From positions 3,452,550 through 3,516,549 of the forward strand of contig JAUPSS010000004.1 in assembly GCA_040285825.1 (NCBI GenBank): a stretch of 64,000 nucleotides of DNA. The letters run 5' to 3'. A program made the translations under genes and the position numbers. This stretch comes from Eukaryota sp. TZLM1-RC (taxonomy: Eukaryota; Protista; Metamonada: BaSk clade). Below, piece after piece: positions 1-13,804 of the stretch. Position 1 is the first letter of the stretch. Every line of letters starts with the position of its first letter. The notes under the pieces were generated by a model, which was not told the DNA's origin, did not search any database, and worked only from the letters and a program-made list of their open reading frames with translations.

Positions 1-510
1 ATTATTCTTACGAAAATCATCTTCAGTATCAAACAGATTTGACAACAGAGGTTCCAAAAAGGATTCAATTCTATGAGACTTACACATACAAAATAATTGG
101 TCTCTTACAGCATCGTGATCCTTGCTTCTAAAAATAAGAAAATGTTTACAATTTAACAAATGAGTAATTGTAATTTTTCGAGAACATTTACAAATTAAAT
201 TATGAGGTAAATTATCAGACCAGATAAAGGACCGAAATCTCATATTCAAAGTCCAAGCAGAATCAGTTAAGAGAGTACCATAAACTTGAGGAATTGTTGT
301 TACTAAGGCAGAAAAAGTTCTATCACACATATCTTGTAAAAGATTTGCAAAAGCGGGATTCTTTTTCTTGGCCAAGCCAAGTCTTCATCAAACTCCAAGC
401 TTCCAAAATTTTTTGACAATTTTTGTTGAAAAGTTTTTTTACAGCAAAACTGCAAATTAAAAAAAGATCGGTTTGGAATTTCTTGAATTGAGTGGGGAAA
501 ACATTTTGTC
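1..510 (-). mobile_element. Degenerate fragment of RLE non-LTR retrotransposon family A (Zn finger/RLE region), cut by window start
   Basis: Nucleotide similarity to 3045-3560 of the intact family A copy; frameshifted. Confidence 0.85.
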
Positions 511-519
511 CAAATTTGT

Positions 520-1310
520 GGTAACTTGCTGTCTCGCTAAAGTTTCTCTAATTCGATTGAAAAACCGAGGTAATCTTTTACTTATGGTAATTTGAATTTG
601 AGAGCACCATAAAAAAACATCAAATCTTTTCTTTGTTTTTTCATGAACAATTTTTTGGAACTGATTCAAAAAGGTTCTTGCTTCTACTAATAGTCTTGTG
701 TTTATCGAAGATAGAAAAGCAATAAAACTGTTCAATTTCTATAAGCATTAGCTTCTTCGATACCTTTGTCATATTTTCTATGTTTTTCTTTAGATCTAAA
801 TTCGAGAGCATCAACAGGATTAAGGTTCTTTCTTTGAACCAAAGAGTCATTTGCAACATAACAGGAGTCAAAGCCAACAACAGCTTCAGAGTTCTCCGAT
901 AAGTTATCAATTTCGAACAATTAAGAGCATGGTGTAAGTTGAGCTGTGGTGAATTCGAACAAATACATTTTTCTTTTAATGATAATTGGTTAATTGGAAT
1001 ATTCAAATATAATTTCATTTGTGTTACTAACGCTTAATTGTCAGCACACAGTCCAAATCTTCCTGATACAATAGTCACAAACAGTGAAGAATCTGATGAC
1101 TGATTTTCACAAACACCATTTACCAATAACAATGAATGAAGATCTTGATTTAAAACAGCCGAGCTGCGTATACTTTCATAAAGATCATTTTCATACATTC
1201 CAGTCAGTCGCTATTGTCATGTTTGAAGAGCGTATTTTAATTTTGTATAATTCTTTTCGGGTCATATTGCCATTGAGTGATTGGGGAAAGCAACATTCTG
1301 ATACGCAACA
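520..1310 (-). mobile_element. Degenerate fragment of RLE retrotransposon family B
   Basis: Translated pieces (KLYLNIPINQL, CICSNSPQL, KEKHRKYDK) match ORF 16800-17837; internal deletion and frameshifts. Confidence 0.85.
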
Positions 1311-1974
1311 CTAGATGAATTTTCAAACATCATTTCTTTAAATTGTTTCTTTCACACTTTTTAACATTTTATTAGATTTTGTGTAAGTTTCAAGAAGATA
1401 CCCAATTATTTGAGAATGTCCATTCCTTCATTTAATGCAAAAAATTGGTTGTTTTGCTTACCGATAGTCTTTTGGAATTTGTTTAACAACAAAACGGATT
1501 TTTTAAAGCAGAGCATTTTCTGATCAATGGTTTTAAACAAATGTAGCAAATGCGAAATTTTAATTACCACAAGAATTGCCTATGGGTTAATAATGATTTT
1601 GACGTTAACACAAAGCATGACCTGGTTGGACGTCATACATCATCTACTTAACAATATTGAATTTTGCAGATACTTGTCACAGTATTTCAACATTTTTGGC
1701 GAAGTAAATCAAAACAAAAGTTGTTGAAACCAAAAAAATTTCTATACTATAATGTGTTTGTAAAATTTTTGAGAATTTTGCCTTTTTGTGCCAAAGTTTT
1801 TTGGCCTCAAGTTTTTGCCGCCATAAAATATTGCTACCATAAAACAACTATGTCAAGTCCTGTTTCTGAACACCAACACCGTAAGCGCAGAGTTACTCTC
1901 TTTGACCGTTTTCAACCAGTAACAAAACAATTTTTTTATTCAATTGCAAAAAATTTATTACTTATCGTTGGACT

Positions 1975-2550
1975 ATGCATGATGCTGTCAGAGATCTAAT
2001 CCATACAAACTGTAATTCCTATCACATTGAATCACTTGTAGACCCGTTCTGGTTGTTGAGGTCTCTTGATATAAATGGAAAAGTAAGAGATTCAAAATAT
2101 GGAAAATGGAGTGCTGATGTTGTTGTGACCTCATTTGATGAAGTCTTGAATGTTGTTGAAGTTGTAACAGTGGATATATGCAAGAAAAGAGTATAATCCG
2201 AAGTATCCCCCCTTGTTGATTCAGAATTGTACAAACGGAAGAAATATATAAATCCTTTGAAAGAATTGAAACATGTTCGCCATTTGGATTACCAAATTTG
2301 CTCATTTGCTATATCCTTGTATAGGCATCTTGGAAACACTGCCATGAGTTTTATTGATGATTTTGAAAATCTGAAAACAAGAAGAATGAATAAGCGATTT
2401 GATCGTCGTATGTGGTTAAATCGTATTGTTTTTACTATTTTCACAACAATACCTAAAACTATGTCGAACGCTTTGATATCTGTCAGTGCACTTTACAACT
2501 ACATTGCTGTTGTACGGTTTGATGGTTCGAAAGCTTGTTTTGAAGATATT
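1975..2550 (+). mobile_element. 3' relic of RLE retrotransposon family C; its last codons resume at 4868-4925 after the nested family A insertion
   Basis: HDAVRD, KxxKY and WLNRIVF motifs; C-terminus ACFEDI(VF) split by a duplicated 15-mer. Confidence 0.75.
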
Positions 2551-4867
2551 TTTTTTTAAAATTTAATTTTATTCAAAACCTATAAATCAACATCTAAAAA
2601 ATCCATCTCTCCCAAAACAAAAACACTAGATGCAACTCTCTCATAGTGAGAGCCAAGAGAAAGCAAAGCATCAGAAACCATCTTCAAAATCCCCTTAAAA
2701 ATAGAAAACACAATTCTATTTTGCCAAAACAATCTGTTGAAATTTCTGCCAGTTCTTCTCTTTACAATCATTTCAAAATCATCCAAAAAACGTAAAGCAG
2801 TTGGTGCAAGTGAACCAAAAAGGGAAAATACAAATGGATACAAATTGTATTTTGCATGCTGTAGACTGGCCAATTTGGACAAAGGTTCATTGTATTTTTT
2901 GAATTTAAAATTTTCAGCATTTGAAAGGGGATTATGAATTTCAGAATTAACAAGCCTTTCATTTGAGGCATTACAAGGATCAACAGACATTACATCTAAT
3001 AAAATGAAGCTTCCATCTAATCCAGGTAATATGACATCACCTCTATTATTCTTATGAAAATCATTTTCTGCATCAAACAAATTTGACAACAGAGGTTCCA
3101 AGAAGGATTCAATTCTATGAGATTTACACATACAATATAACTGGTCTCTTACAGCATCATGAACCTTGCTTCTAAAAGTAATAAAATGTTTACAATTTAA
3201 CAAATGAGTAGTTGTAATTTCTCGAGAACATTTACAAATTAAATTATGAGGTAAATTATCAGGCCAGATAAAGGAACGAAATCTCATATTCAGAGTCCAA
3301 GCAGAATCGGATAAGAGAGTACCATAAACTTGTGGAATTGTTGTTACTAAGGCAGAAGAAGTACTGTCACACATATCTTGTAAAAGATTTGCAAAAGCGG
3401 GATTCTTTTTCTTGGCCAAGCCAAGTCTAACATCAAAATCCAAGCTTTCAAAAATCTTTGACAATTTTTGTTGAAGCTTTTTACAGCAAAACTGTAAATT
3501 AAATAGAGATCGGTTTGGAATTTCTTGAATTGATTGAGGAAAACATTTGGTCCAAATCTGTGGCGGTAATTTTTCAAGTTCACAAGATAACTCATACAAA
3601 TAGGGACTACAATTGGGGACTAACAGATGAGAATCATCAGGAAATCTACGAGAAAATTCATAAATAAAATTTTCGCCACCACCCAAGAATGCTGATTGAC
3701 ACAAAATTGAAGATTTAGTAAAACCAATACCACCCAAATTTGCGGAAGAAAATAAATGGCTTTTCAACATTCCTGGTTCTACATCCAATAAATCAGCAAA
3801 AAATTCTGTTCTCAATGAATTAAAAGAACGACAAAAATCTAATGCTATGGAAGGAGCACAAGATCTCAAAATGTGGGTTATTCTCCCAGTGTAGCAAATT
3901 TTAAGCATGAAAAATTTAATATGCTTTTCTATATCTAAAGAAGAAATTGAATCAAGTTCAATTTTCATTTTTTCCAAAATAACTTGCAATTCATTCTGAA
4001 TTTGAGGCACATTTCCTAACCAACAACCAAGGAACTTAAAAGCATCACTACTATAATTAGTAAAAGGGACAATAGAATCGTTTATCACGAGGTCTTGAGC
4101 AGAAGAGCCAATCAGAAGGCATTTGCTGGCATTAAGATGAAGCCCAATATTTTCATATGAATCGGCAATTTCTTGAGCAACCAATTCTAGTAAATCAAAT
4201 GAACCAATCAAGGATATATCATCCATATAAGCAACTATTTTTATAGAAGGGTATTTTTGCTTAATGATATTTAAAGTTTTGTGAATAGCTAAACAAAACA
4301 ATAATGGGCCTAAAGGATCTCCCTGCTTCACTCCAGAAGATGATTTAAGACCAAATGAATTAAAAATTAAATCTGATTCTTTCCCATAAAAATGGTAGAA
4401 AAAACTCGATAGCTCAGGAAAATCAGATTTAATTACTTCAAAAATTGCTTCTCGCTTTACAGAATTAAAAGCATTTTTAAAGTCGAGATTAAAAATAAAA
4501 TTATTTTCCTCTGCATTAAAAAAGGTATCAGAGGCAATAGCAGCAACAGAAGCACCATCAATTGTTTTGATTCCAAATTGATGAGGATTCAAAAATGTAG
4601 AAGCTTTGTCTTTGACACGATCGAAGACAATTGATGCTAGCAAACGAGAAAGAGATTCACCAACAGCAATTGGGCGTATTCCATCAGGTTTGATTCCGTT
4701 TCCAGGCTTTACTAAAGCAATCAGACGTGCTGCGAGTAATTCAAATGGAGGATTAATTTTCAAAACAATCAATTGTTGAAAATAGTGGGCTAGATCATCA
4801 GCAATTTCGGGAGCACTGGAACACGCTATTTTTAACAGATCAAAAGAAACTCCAGATGGGCCTGCAG
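2551..4867 (-). mobile_element. 5'-truncated CRE-like RLE non-LTR retrotransposon, family A copy 1; open ORF (RT + Zn finger + restriction-like endonuclease) ending at 2580
   Basis: GIRPIAVGE, LDFKNAFNS, GVKQGDPLGPLLF, YMDD, CxC..HLLNC, HDAVRD, RGD, KxxKY; AATAAA plus short A tail; TSD TGTTTTGAAGATATT at 2536-2550 and 4868-4882. Confidence 0.95.
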
Positions 4868-5893
4868 TGTTTTGAAGATATTGTTTTCTGTTTTTGAAAA
4901 TAATTTAAATTTATAAAAAAAATTACCAAACTCAAACGAAGTTATTGACGTTGAATCTGAAGCAGCAATTCCGCAACATTGCTCCCCTGCTAATATGGAA
5001 GATGCCAAACATACTCAAAAATATTGATGATTGCTGGTGTTTGGAGTAATACTATATTGATATGGAAATCGTAATTTGATAAAAGTATTGTTACTTCTAT
5101 GTTTTGAAAACAATAATTGGAAACAGAATAATAAATACCAGTAGTTTACAAACAACTTTGGGAATTTTGCCATTTACCCCAGAATTTTACAAACACGGTA
5201 AACAAATGCGTCCAATTTGTTATATTGTATTGTTATACCCGATTGCTGATTGTCTCTAATTAAGGTCGAATACACTAAAAATGCAATTGGGATCATGGTC
5301 CAATGGTAGGGCATCAGCCTCCAGAGCTGCAAGATCGTGGTTCGATTCCTCGTGGTCCCATAATTTTTGTGCAATACTTTTTGTGAAGACGATATATATA
5401 GGGTGCGACGATACCATTGAAATCAAATAGATTTCCATATTATAATGTGTTGGTGGCAGATTTTCCCTAACAAGCTGATAACCTCGTTCCAAAAAATTCA
5501 TTGAATCACATGGATTAATTGATCTCTGAGAAACTGCTTCCCTAAACAACGATGAAATTGGTCACTAATGTTTGAAAACTGTTGCTTTCAAATTTACATG
5601 GTAGAAATAACATAATAGTCGACTAGCAATATCTTTCCGAATACCTTTAAGCCCTCAATTCTACATCCACATTTTCAGCCTATAGGTTTTGTAGAGATTA
5701 AGCTTCTGCTTCATCAACTTGAAACAGATTGAAAGGGATTGACTATACGTTCCAACTGTGTACCATCTCTAGAATTGATTGAGCTGTGCAACTGTGATCA
5801 AAACACTTACTTATTTGGTTTGCATATTGGACTTCCCATAACTTTTGAACAATGTTCTGTTTTTGCGTTTATTTCTTGGTTCAAGTATAAACT

Positions 5894-7949
5894 TTTTTTT
5901 TTAAATTTAATTTTATTCTAAACCTATAAATCAACATCTAAAAAATCCATCTCTCCCAAAACAAAAACACTAGATGCAACTCTCTCATAGTGAGATCCAA
6001 GAGAAAGCAAAGCATCAGAAACCATCTTCAACATCCCTTTAAAAATAGAAAACACAATTCTATTTTGCCAAAACAATCTGTTGAAATTTCTGCCAGTTCT
6101 TCTCTTTACAATCATTTCAAAATCATCCAAAAAACGTAAAGCAGTTGGTGCAAGTGAACCAAAAAGGGAAAATACAAATGGATACAAATTGTATTTTGCA
6201 TGCTGTAGACTGGCCAATTTGGACAAAGGTTCATTGTATTTTTTGAATTTAAAATTTTCAGCATTTGAAAGGGGATTATGAATTTCAGAATTAACTAGCC
6301 TTTCATTTGAGGCATTACAAGGATCAACAGACATTACATCCAATAAAATGAAGCTTCCATCTAATCCAGGTAATATGACATCACCTCTATTATTCTTATG
6401 AAAATCTTTTTCAGCATCAAACAAATTTGACAACAAAGGTTCCAAGAAGGATTCAATTCTATGAGATTTACACATACAATATAACTGGTCTCTTACAGCA
6501 TCATGAACCTTGCTTCTAAAAGTAATAAAATGTTTACAATTTAACAAATGAGTAGTTGTAATTTCTCGAGAACATTTACAAATTAAATTATGAGGTAAAT
6601 TATCAGGCCAGATAAAGGAACGAAATCTCATATTCAGAGTCCAAGCAGAATCGGATAAAAGAGTACCATAAACTTGTGGAATTGTTGTTACTAAGGCAGA
6701 AGAAGTACTGTCACACATATCTTGTAAAAGATTTGCAAAAGCGGGATTCTTTTTCTTGGCCAAGCCAAGTCTAACATCAAAATCCAAGCTTTCAAAAATC
6801 TTTGACAATTTTTGTTGAAGCTTTTTACAGCAAAACTGTAAATTAAATAGAGATCGGTTTGGAATTTCTTGAATTGATTGAGGAAAACATTTGGTCCAAA
6901 TTTGTGGCGGTAATTTTTCAAGTTCACAAGATAACTCATACAAATAGGGACTACAATTGGGGACTAACAGATGAGAATCATCAGGAAATCTACGAGAAAA
7001 TTCATAAATAAAATTTTTGCCACCACCCAAGAATGCTGATTGACACAAAATTGAAGATTTAGTAAAACCAATACCACCCAAATTTGCTGAAGAAAATAAA
7101 TGGCTTTTCAACATTCCTGGTTCTACATCCAATAAATCAGCAAAAAATTCTGTTCTCAATGAATTAAAAGAACGACAAAAATCTAATGCTATGGAAGGAG
7201 CACAAGATCTCAAAATGTGGGTTATTCTCCCAGTGTAGCAAATTTTAAGCATGAAAAATTTAATATGCTTTTCTATATCTAAAGAAGAAATTGAATCAAG
7301 TTCAATTTTCATTTTTTCCAAAATAACTTGCAATTCATTCTGAATTTGAGGCACATTTCCTAACCAACAACCAAGGAACTTAAAAGCATCACTATTATAA
7401 TTAGTAAAAGGGACAAAAGAATCGTTTATCACGAGGTCTTGAGCAGAAGAGCCAATCAGAAGGCATTTGCTGGCATTAAGATGAAGCCCAATATTTTCAT
7501 ATGAATCGGCAATTTCTTGAGCAACCAATTCTAGTAAATCAAATGAACCAATCAAGGATATATCATCCATATAAGCAACTATTTTTATAGAAGGGTATTT
7601 TTGCTTAATGATATTTAAAGTTTTGTGAATAGCTAAACAAAACAATAATGGGCCTAAAGGATCTCCCTGCTTCACTCCAGAAGATGATTTAAGTCCAAAT
7701 GAATTAAAAATTAAATCTGATTCTTTCCCATAAAAATGGTAGAAAAAACTCGATAGCTCAGGAAAATCAGATTTAATTACTTCAAAAATTGCTTCTCGCT
7801 TTACAGAATTAAAAGCATTTTTAAAGTCGAGATTAAAAATGAAATTATTTTCCTCTGCATTAAAAAAGGTATCAGAGGCAATAGCAGCAACAGAAGCACC
7901 ATCAATTGTTTTGATTCCAAATTGATGAGGATTCAAAAATGTAGAAGCT
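5894..7949 (-). mobile_element. 5'-truncated family A copy 2 (ORF to 5924), near-identical to copy 1
   Basis: Same RT/RLE motifs; A tail; TSD TTCAAGTATAAACT at 5880-5893 and 7950-7963. Confidence 0.95.
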
Positions 7950-8429
7950 TTCAAGTATAAACTGTTCTGAATATCAAAGCATAATCTACAGTCTCAGATT
8001 CAAAGGTTAAGCAGAATCTTAAATAATAGAAAATGAGAACCATAAATTGAAGAAATGGTAGTAACTGAAGCAAAAGATGTACCGTCACAAATCATTTTGA
8101 ACAGGAAGTGGAACCTTGATCAATTTTCATTCTCTCTAGAATATATTTTGTAGTTCATGCAGAATATAAGGCATATTACCTGACCAGCAAGAAAAGAAAA
8201 GCTACAGATCGCAGCAGGAACAGTGAAATCAATGATTAGGCTATTGATATGAATTGGCTAATTCAAACAATTTTATCTGCATTTGCAGTGTTAAAGGAAC
8301 AAATGCTGCATTTGTCAGAAATGGCTGAGCAACGTCTAATCATCATATCAAGAGTTCTGCATTTTCGTACCCTCAAGCAGGTTTTCACTTGTGACATAAT
8401 GCTCCCATCAAAAACGAGGTCACCAGATC

Positions 8430-9880
8430 AACATGTCAGCCACTTCCCCTCCACTGTCCTCTAGCGAGCTCGATAAGTCCATCAATACGTTGCTGGAGCT
8501 TAGTTTCAAGATTCCTGAACAAATGAAGGAGGGTCATCTACTCAAACATGAACAACAACCCAGTGGAACAAGGTGCAAGGTCCATGACAGCAACCACATA
8601 TCTTTTGATCGAACAGATCTAGTCGTGATCCCTTCTTATATGTTTCATTCCCCTTCAAGACAACTCGATTCTCTACGATATAAATCATACTTATAAGATG
8701 GACAATGATGAATTTCTTGATTTTCTTACCTTCAATGCACTTCGATCAGTGCTCTCTAAGGAGGTTTCCTGGCAAGAGTTAATGGAATCATTTCTGCGTG
8801 ATTTGTTCCATGAAACTTTCCTTGTAAGCGATCGGGACATTGGGGGTCAGAAATCCTATTTACTCTCACTCAACAAGTAAAACAAATATTGTTAATTCAT
8901 CAAAGCTGCGGACCTCTGAAAATGTAGAGTCTGTGAGGTTGCCTGTTAGTATCAACCCAGCTTTCATTGCTTTTCAAGCCAATGATGGCATGGGCAAGGC
9001 TAAGAATCAGCTTTTCCTCAAAATGGTGACTCATTATTCTTTGCTGGTGATGGACATTAAAAACGAGAGAGATAGTTCAACGCATTCTGATCCAATGTTG
9101 CAATGTGATCTCTATGCTGGACGGAGTCTTCTCCACAACCACTTGTTCTATGTTATTGAAGCTCCTTGTTTGTTGCTTCATTTAGGATGGAACACACTTC
9201 CACCAGTATTCAATGTGTTTGACAAGAGAGAAACATTTCAACGTGTCGTTGGTTTATGATTTTGACTTTTCACGACCGAATCAAGATTCTTGGGCTAATT
9301 TTTCTTGGTTCTTTCAACAATTTCATTCCGTTTGGGAACTTTCTTGTTATGTCCCTCACAGGATTTATCTTGCTATTCAGGATGTTCGATCCTTGATATC
9401 GGTACTGCCAAATTAAAAATCCCAATTGATTCTAATTTTCAAAATTAAATGTCTTTGTGGGAATGTTCAAAGAGAAGCTTATTTTTGTCAAAATTGCTGA
9501 TTGAAGTTGAAAAATTGTTGGCCTTGCCCCATTCTATATGAACCATGTCAGTAAAAGCAAGGTAATTGGAAGATTGCCAAAGCCACCAGAAAGAATTTTA
9601 ACCGTTGAACTTTTGTTTTGCTACGAGTACCACAAAATTGATTGGCTAGACGGAGCTGAACCAGATCAACTTATTAAAAGCAGTCATGGTGCGTGGTGGA
9701 CATATACCAAGTGGCTATCTCCAGGATGTTTTCAAAGCTAGCCAAGCTCAAGCTGGAGCAAAGAAGAAGCAATGTGAGCAGCAAAAGGTTGATGATTACC
9801 TTGTATATGGGAAACGTCGACTTGCCGGTAGTTATGGTTATACCCTTTTTTATTAGGATTTTCTTATCAGTATGGTAACT
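8430..9880 (+). pseudogene. Decayed gene, possibly a Crinkler-type REase + protein kinase fusion
   Basis: Chain of frameshifted ORFs; LVMDIKNE..DPMLQ..Y motif, then IFVK, GLAP and YPFF kinase-like remnants; family assigned by motif resemblance only. Confidence 0.4.
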
Positions 9881-10899
9881 TGGAATGTTTCTGGACCTCT
9901 CATTTCATCATTTTGTCGATTTTTGAATTTTTGGTAAATACTAATCATCCTTTTAAACAATGGTATATTTATTTCATCATCATTTCCTCAAAATTATTCC
10001 AAATTTCGAATAACGTCCTTTGAATATTACTTGACTTTCAATTCCACATCATTAATTGTCATGGACATCGCAGAGGCTGAAAAAACACCCTAACCTATCG
10101 TGGGCAAGTACAACTCTATTATTTTCAAAATAAATTTTTTGTAGCACATAGTTTCTTTTTTAACAGCTTTTTTTTGTATTGCGAAATATTGTAAACTCAC
10201 AAGCAAAGATAACGTTGTATTTTTAAGGCTGATGTGAAATTTGACAGATGTCCATTATTTTTCGGAATATGCCAACAGATTTGCCTTCAGAATTACAAGA
10301 CAGAGAAGTGGTACGATACTTCGTGGTTTAATTTTTGATTTTTTCTATCTCTAAAACAAACAATATTGGTTACCGACAAAATGCTACAATTTGGTGAGAT
10401 TGGTTACTCATCCAACATTTTTGCCATTTTAATATGCACAACAAAGTGCTGAATTTAATGAATAAGGAACGAATAATGTTATCTCTTGAGTAGTATCTTC
10501 GCATTGATGACCGAAGTTGTTTCATTTGGAATAAGTAAATATGATAAAAATCAAACAGTATACCTGTTGATTTTTCACATAATTGAAATGAACGTGATTA
10601 GGAACAACACAACAGGAGAAACTGGTGTAGAGGACACAAACGTTTGGTTAAAGGGTTTAAATTTTGTTGTGAGAAACGAAATAGCAATGTCTTTGCAAAC
10701 TGAAGTTGTTAAATCTTTTGTAATTCAGTTCGTTGCTGAATTTGAAAACTGTACCTACAAAGACCAACATCAAGAAATTTCTGCAGAAAAAGTACAGCAA
10801 CAGTTGAAACAACATATGATTCTTGAAAATTACATAATTCAAATTGACTCAAATAATTCACCTTTTAAAATAGACTCAAAACTAGAATAATTAAATTTA

Positions 10900-11140
10900 T
10901 TTGGTCTCAAACAGCATCATGAACTTTTATCTGTAAGAATTTTGGGCCACACGTTTTGGCAGAACACAATTGTATTTTCATTTTTTTAAAGGTGTTGTCC
11001 CCTCATTAACTTCTGCTTTGTCATCTCTTGGTATTATGAAGGAACAACTTCCACTCGATTCTTTTCGGCTGATTTGGGGTATGAAGATTTACATATTTAA
11101 GGATGTTGTTGTGTTCTTCGTTGGAATAAATTAATGTTTG
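10900..11140 (+). mobile_element. Short 3' relic of an RLE retrotransposon
   Basis: FWQNTIVFS motif and ADLGYED tail followed by AATAAA; related short tail at ~38,880-38,940 (-). Confidence 0.6.
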
Positions 11141-11780
11141 GAAAAAATCTTTAAACTATTGGAATTATTGCCGTAGTTCTTGCTTGTTGTTTAAATGGAA
11201 GTCAAATGCACTGTGAATATTCACCTTTGAAAAGAGTGGTTCAGTTTGCTATGAATTTTTCAATCGATGCTGCAAATATTTGTGAATGAAAATAATTGTA
11301 GTGTACATTGAAACTGAGCAAAAAGGTCCAAAAGTAAATATCACTGAAATTGGAAAACTAAATGTTTTTGAACTTGATGATTGTGGTCAATTTTACTCCC
11401 AAGATCTTAAGCTTTTCAGTGAGGTGGCTCCAATGCTAGTGTTTGAATTTCTGAGTTTAAACATTTTGCAAGTTTTGATTTAATCAGAATTTAAAAACAC
11501 ATTCTGATTTAAATGTTTGGAGCTTAATTATCCATTTAATGCAGAACAATTACCCATTTCACGAGTGAAGTTTGTATGCGATAAATTCCACAAAGGAAAG
11601 TTGATTAAAATTTTATCTCCCGTTACTAAAAGTGTTTGTAATGTGTTTTATAAAACTCTAAAGCAAATTTAAAGCAAACTTAAAGCCAAATTAAACTAAT
11701 TTGCTTGTCTATTAATTATCAGACCAAAACAATTACAAAGAAAAAGATTCAATAGGACATAAAAATACTAGAATTTAGAC

Positions 11781-13118
11781 TCACTCCACAAAACCAAAAA
11801 CAAAAGAATAAAAAAATAAGATAAATGGTAATAAACAATTACCAAACAATAATAACTTATTAAGCGCGGTGGCAGCTACACCATACTCTTTCGATAAGGT
11901 AAAAACTGAAAGAGCAGATGGTAACGTGTAAATGAAAACCAAAATATTTCGTCCCACAGGAGTCATGTTGAAAAACCGGGTGACAAAAGAAATTAAAAAA
12001 GGTGCGACAAAAAACCGTAAGAGAAAAAGCAAGAGAACAAAAGAAAAAGAATTTGGATCATAAACATTGACAGAGTCTGTTGACTTCTCTTGAACAGAAG
12101 AAATCACATTGGCCTTTGACAACAACCCCTTATCAGAACCACTGTCACTCAATTCAATAACAATGTCTTCTTCCCCTCCATCTATACCTTCACTTCCTCC
12201 CATCGTCTCTCCCTCTACTATAGTTTCTTCTTCCGACCTTTCCACTTCTTCATCTTTAGAAGTAGCAACGCTTACGTCATTTCCTGTTATCAAGATGACG
12301 TCATCGTTTTCAGTGATTATGTTGTTGTCAACGTCACTTTCAGTTTCTTCAATTTCGGCCTCTTCCAAATTGTGATGAACAACATCTTGAAGCTCTGTGA
12401 TCACCTTTTCCTTTCCTTCCTTCAACTCGTTCATCCTCACTGCCAGAAACATTCCGATACAGAACAGTGATCCACCCACTGTGACGTTGGCTAGGTATGA
12501 TAAGCAAGTATCAATAACTTCAGGGATGGAAAGGGGAAGAAAGGTGAAGATTAAACCAAGAATGACAGCAATAATAGAATTGTTTGTGAAAACTTTTTTT
12601 GAAATAATTTTATATTTTTTTATTTCTATTCCGTGTTTTTCGGTTTGTCCAGATAATAAAAGAATAATTGATGTTGGAATATGTGTCAATTGATTTAAAG
12701 TCCCACAAATTACCGAATACTGGGCAGCTTGTTCCCCAAACAAAGCTGATCCTATAGGAATTCCCAAAATAACTGAATTAGTCCACGCAAAGGCTACCCA
12801 TATAGCGTAAATGCTAGCATGTAGGGGAGTCTCGAAACCAGCATGGCGCATGATGAGGCAAATGATCAAAGTGATTGTGAATGAGATGAATTTGAATGTG
12901 ATGAGGGCATAAATGAACTCAACCTCAACTGTTGAGATGTCAAGAGAGGACATGAGACGGAATAGAAGACTAGGTATGCAGAATCTAAAGATAAATGAGT
13001 TGATACTATTCACAGAAGAGTGCTTCATAGATTTGGCTTTAATAGCCAGCAATCCAATTGCCATGGTCATCACTGAAGGAAGAGTGGCATTCAAAACGGT
13101 GCTGACAAGAGACACCAT
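11781..13118 (-). CDS. Auxin efflux carrier (AEC/PIN-like, Mem_trans) family transporter, 445 aa
   Basis: FCIPSLLF and NSVILGIPI motifs; two hydrophobic halves; acidic insert; C-terminal LPSALSVFTLSKEYG. Confidence 0.85.
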   Translation of the reverse strand: MVSLVSTVLNATLPSVMTMAIGLLAIKAKSMKHSSVNSINSFIFRFCIPSLLFRLMSSLDISTVEVEFIYALITFKFISFTITLIICLIMRHAGFETPLHASIYAIWVAFAWTNSVILGIPIGSALFGEQAAQYSVICGTLNQLTHIPTSIILLLSGQTEKHGIEIKKYKIISKKVFTNNSIIAVILGLIFTFLPLSIPEVIDTCLSYLANVTVGGSLFCIGMFLAVRMNELKEGKEKVITELQDVVHHNLEEAEIEETESDVDNNIITENDDVILITGNDVSVATSKDEEVERSEEETIVEGETMGGSEGIDGGEEDIVIELSDSGSDKGLLSKANVISSVQEKSTDSVNVYDPNSFSFVLLLFLLRFFVAPFLISFVTRFFNMTPVGRNILVFIYTLPSALSVFTLSKEYGVAATALNKLLLFGNCLLPFILFFYSFVFGFVE

Positions 13119-13139
13119 TGTTTTGGCATATGTTGGGTA

Positions 13140-13759
13140 GATTCCTTTTTAGAACCGCTGTTATCAAAAATTCTTCATGATCCCAATATTGATAGTACGC
13201 GTTACAACAGAGCTTCTATGGGTCTGACTAGAGGTGATCTAGTTGTTCCTGTTTTAAATGGTAGTTTTACTATTTTGGACGCCATGTCTATTGACCCTTG
13301 TAATTCCTCTAACGAACATCTCATTAACTCGGATGTAAATAATCCTCTTCTGGCAGGCGAAAAATATAAAATTGCTAAATGAGCGAAAACACAAAATTGC
13401 TCATGACACAAAACCTATTTCCTCGGTTAATGAAAATTCTCATGCCCAATATAATTTATGTCCATTTGTTTTTTCTTTGCTTGGATCTCTAGGTAAGGCT
13501 GCTATGGCTTTCCTTGAGGATTTTGTTGTAGTTGTAAAGGAAAGAACTGGAATAATTTTCAATCGTGTTTACTGGCAAAACAGGATTGTATTTTCTATTT
13601 TTAAGGGAATGGTAAAACTAATTTCTGATTCACTATCTTCTTTTGGGAAATTTTCTGAATCTTTAGCAATTAATTGTTTTGATGTAGGGGAGGCAGGTTT
13701 TGAGGATGTCGAGTTTTAATTGTGTATTTCATATTTGTTGTTGAATAAAAATAAATCAT
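13140..13759 (+). mobile_element. 5'-truncated RLE element, diverged family A relative (A2), RLE tail only
   Basis: RGD, DPCN, PFVFS and YWQNRIVFSIFKG motifs; AATAAA; TSD CATATGTTGGGTA at 13127-13139 and 13760-13772. Confidence 0.85.
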
Positions 13760-13804
13760 CATATGTTGGGTATATGCAAATTTAAATTCGCTTTTTGATT
13801 TGCA

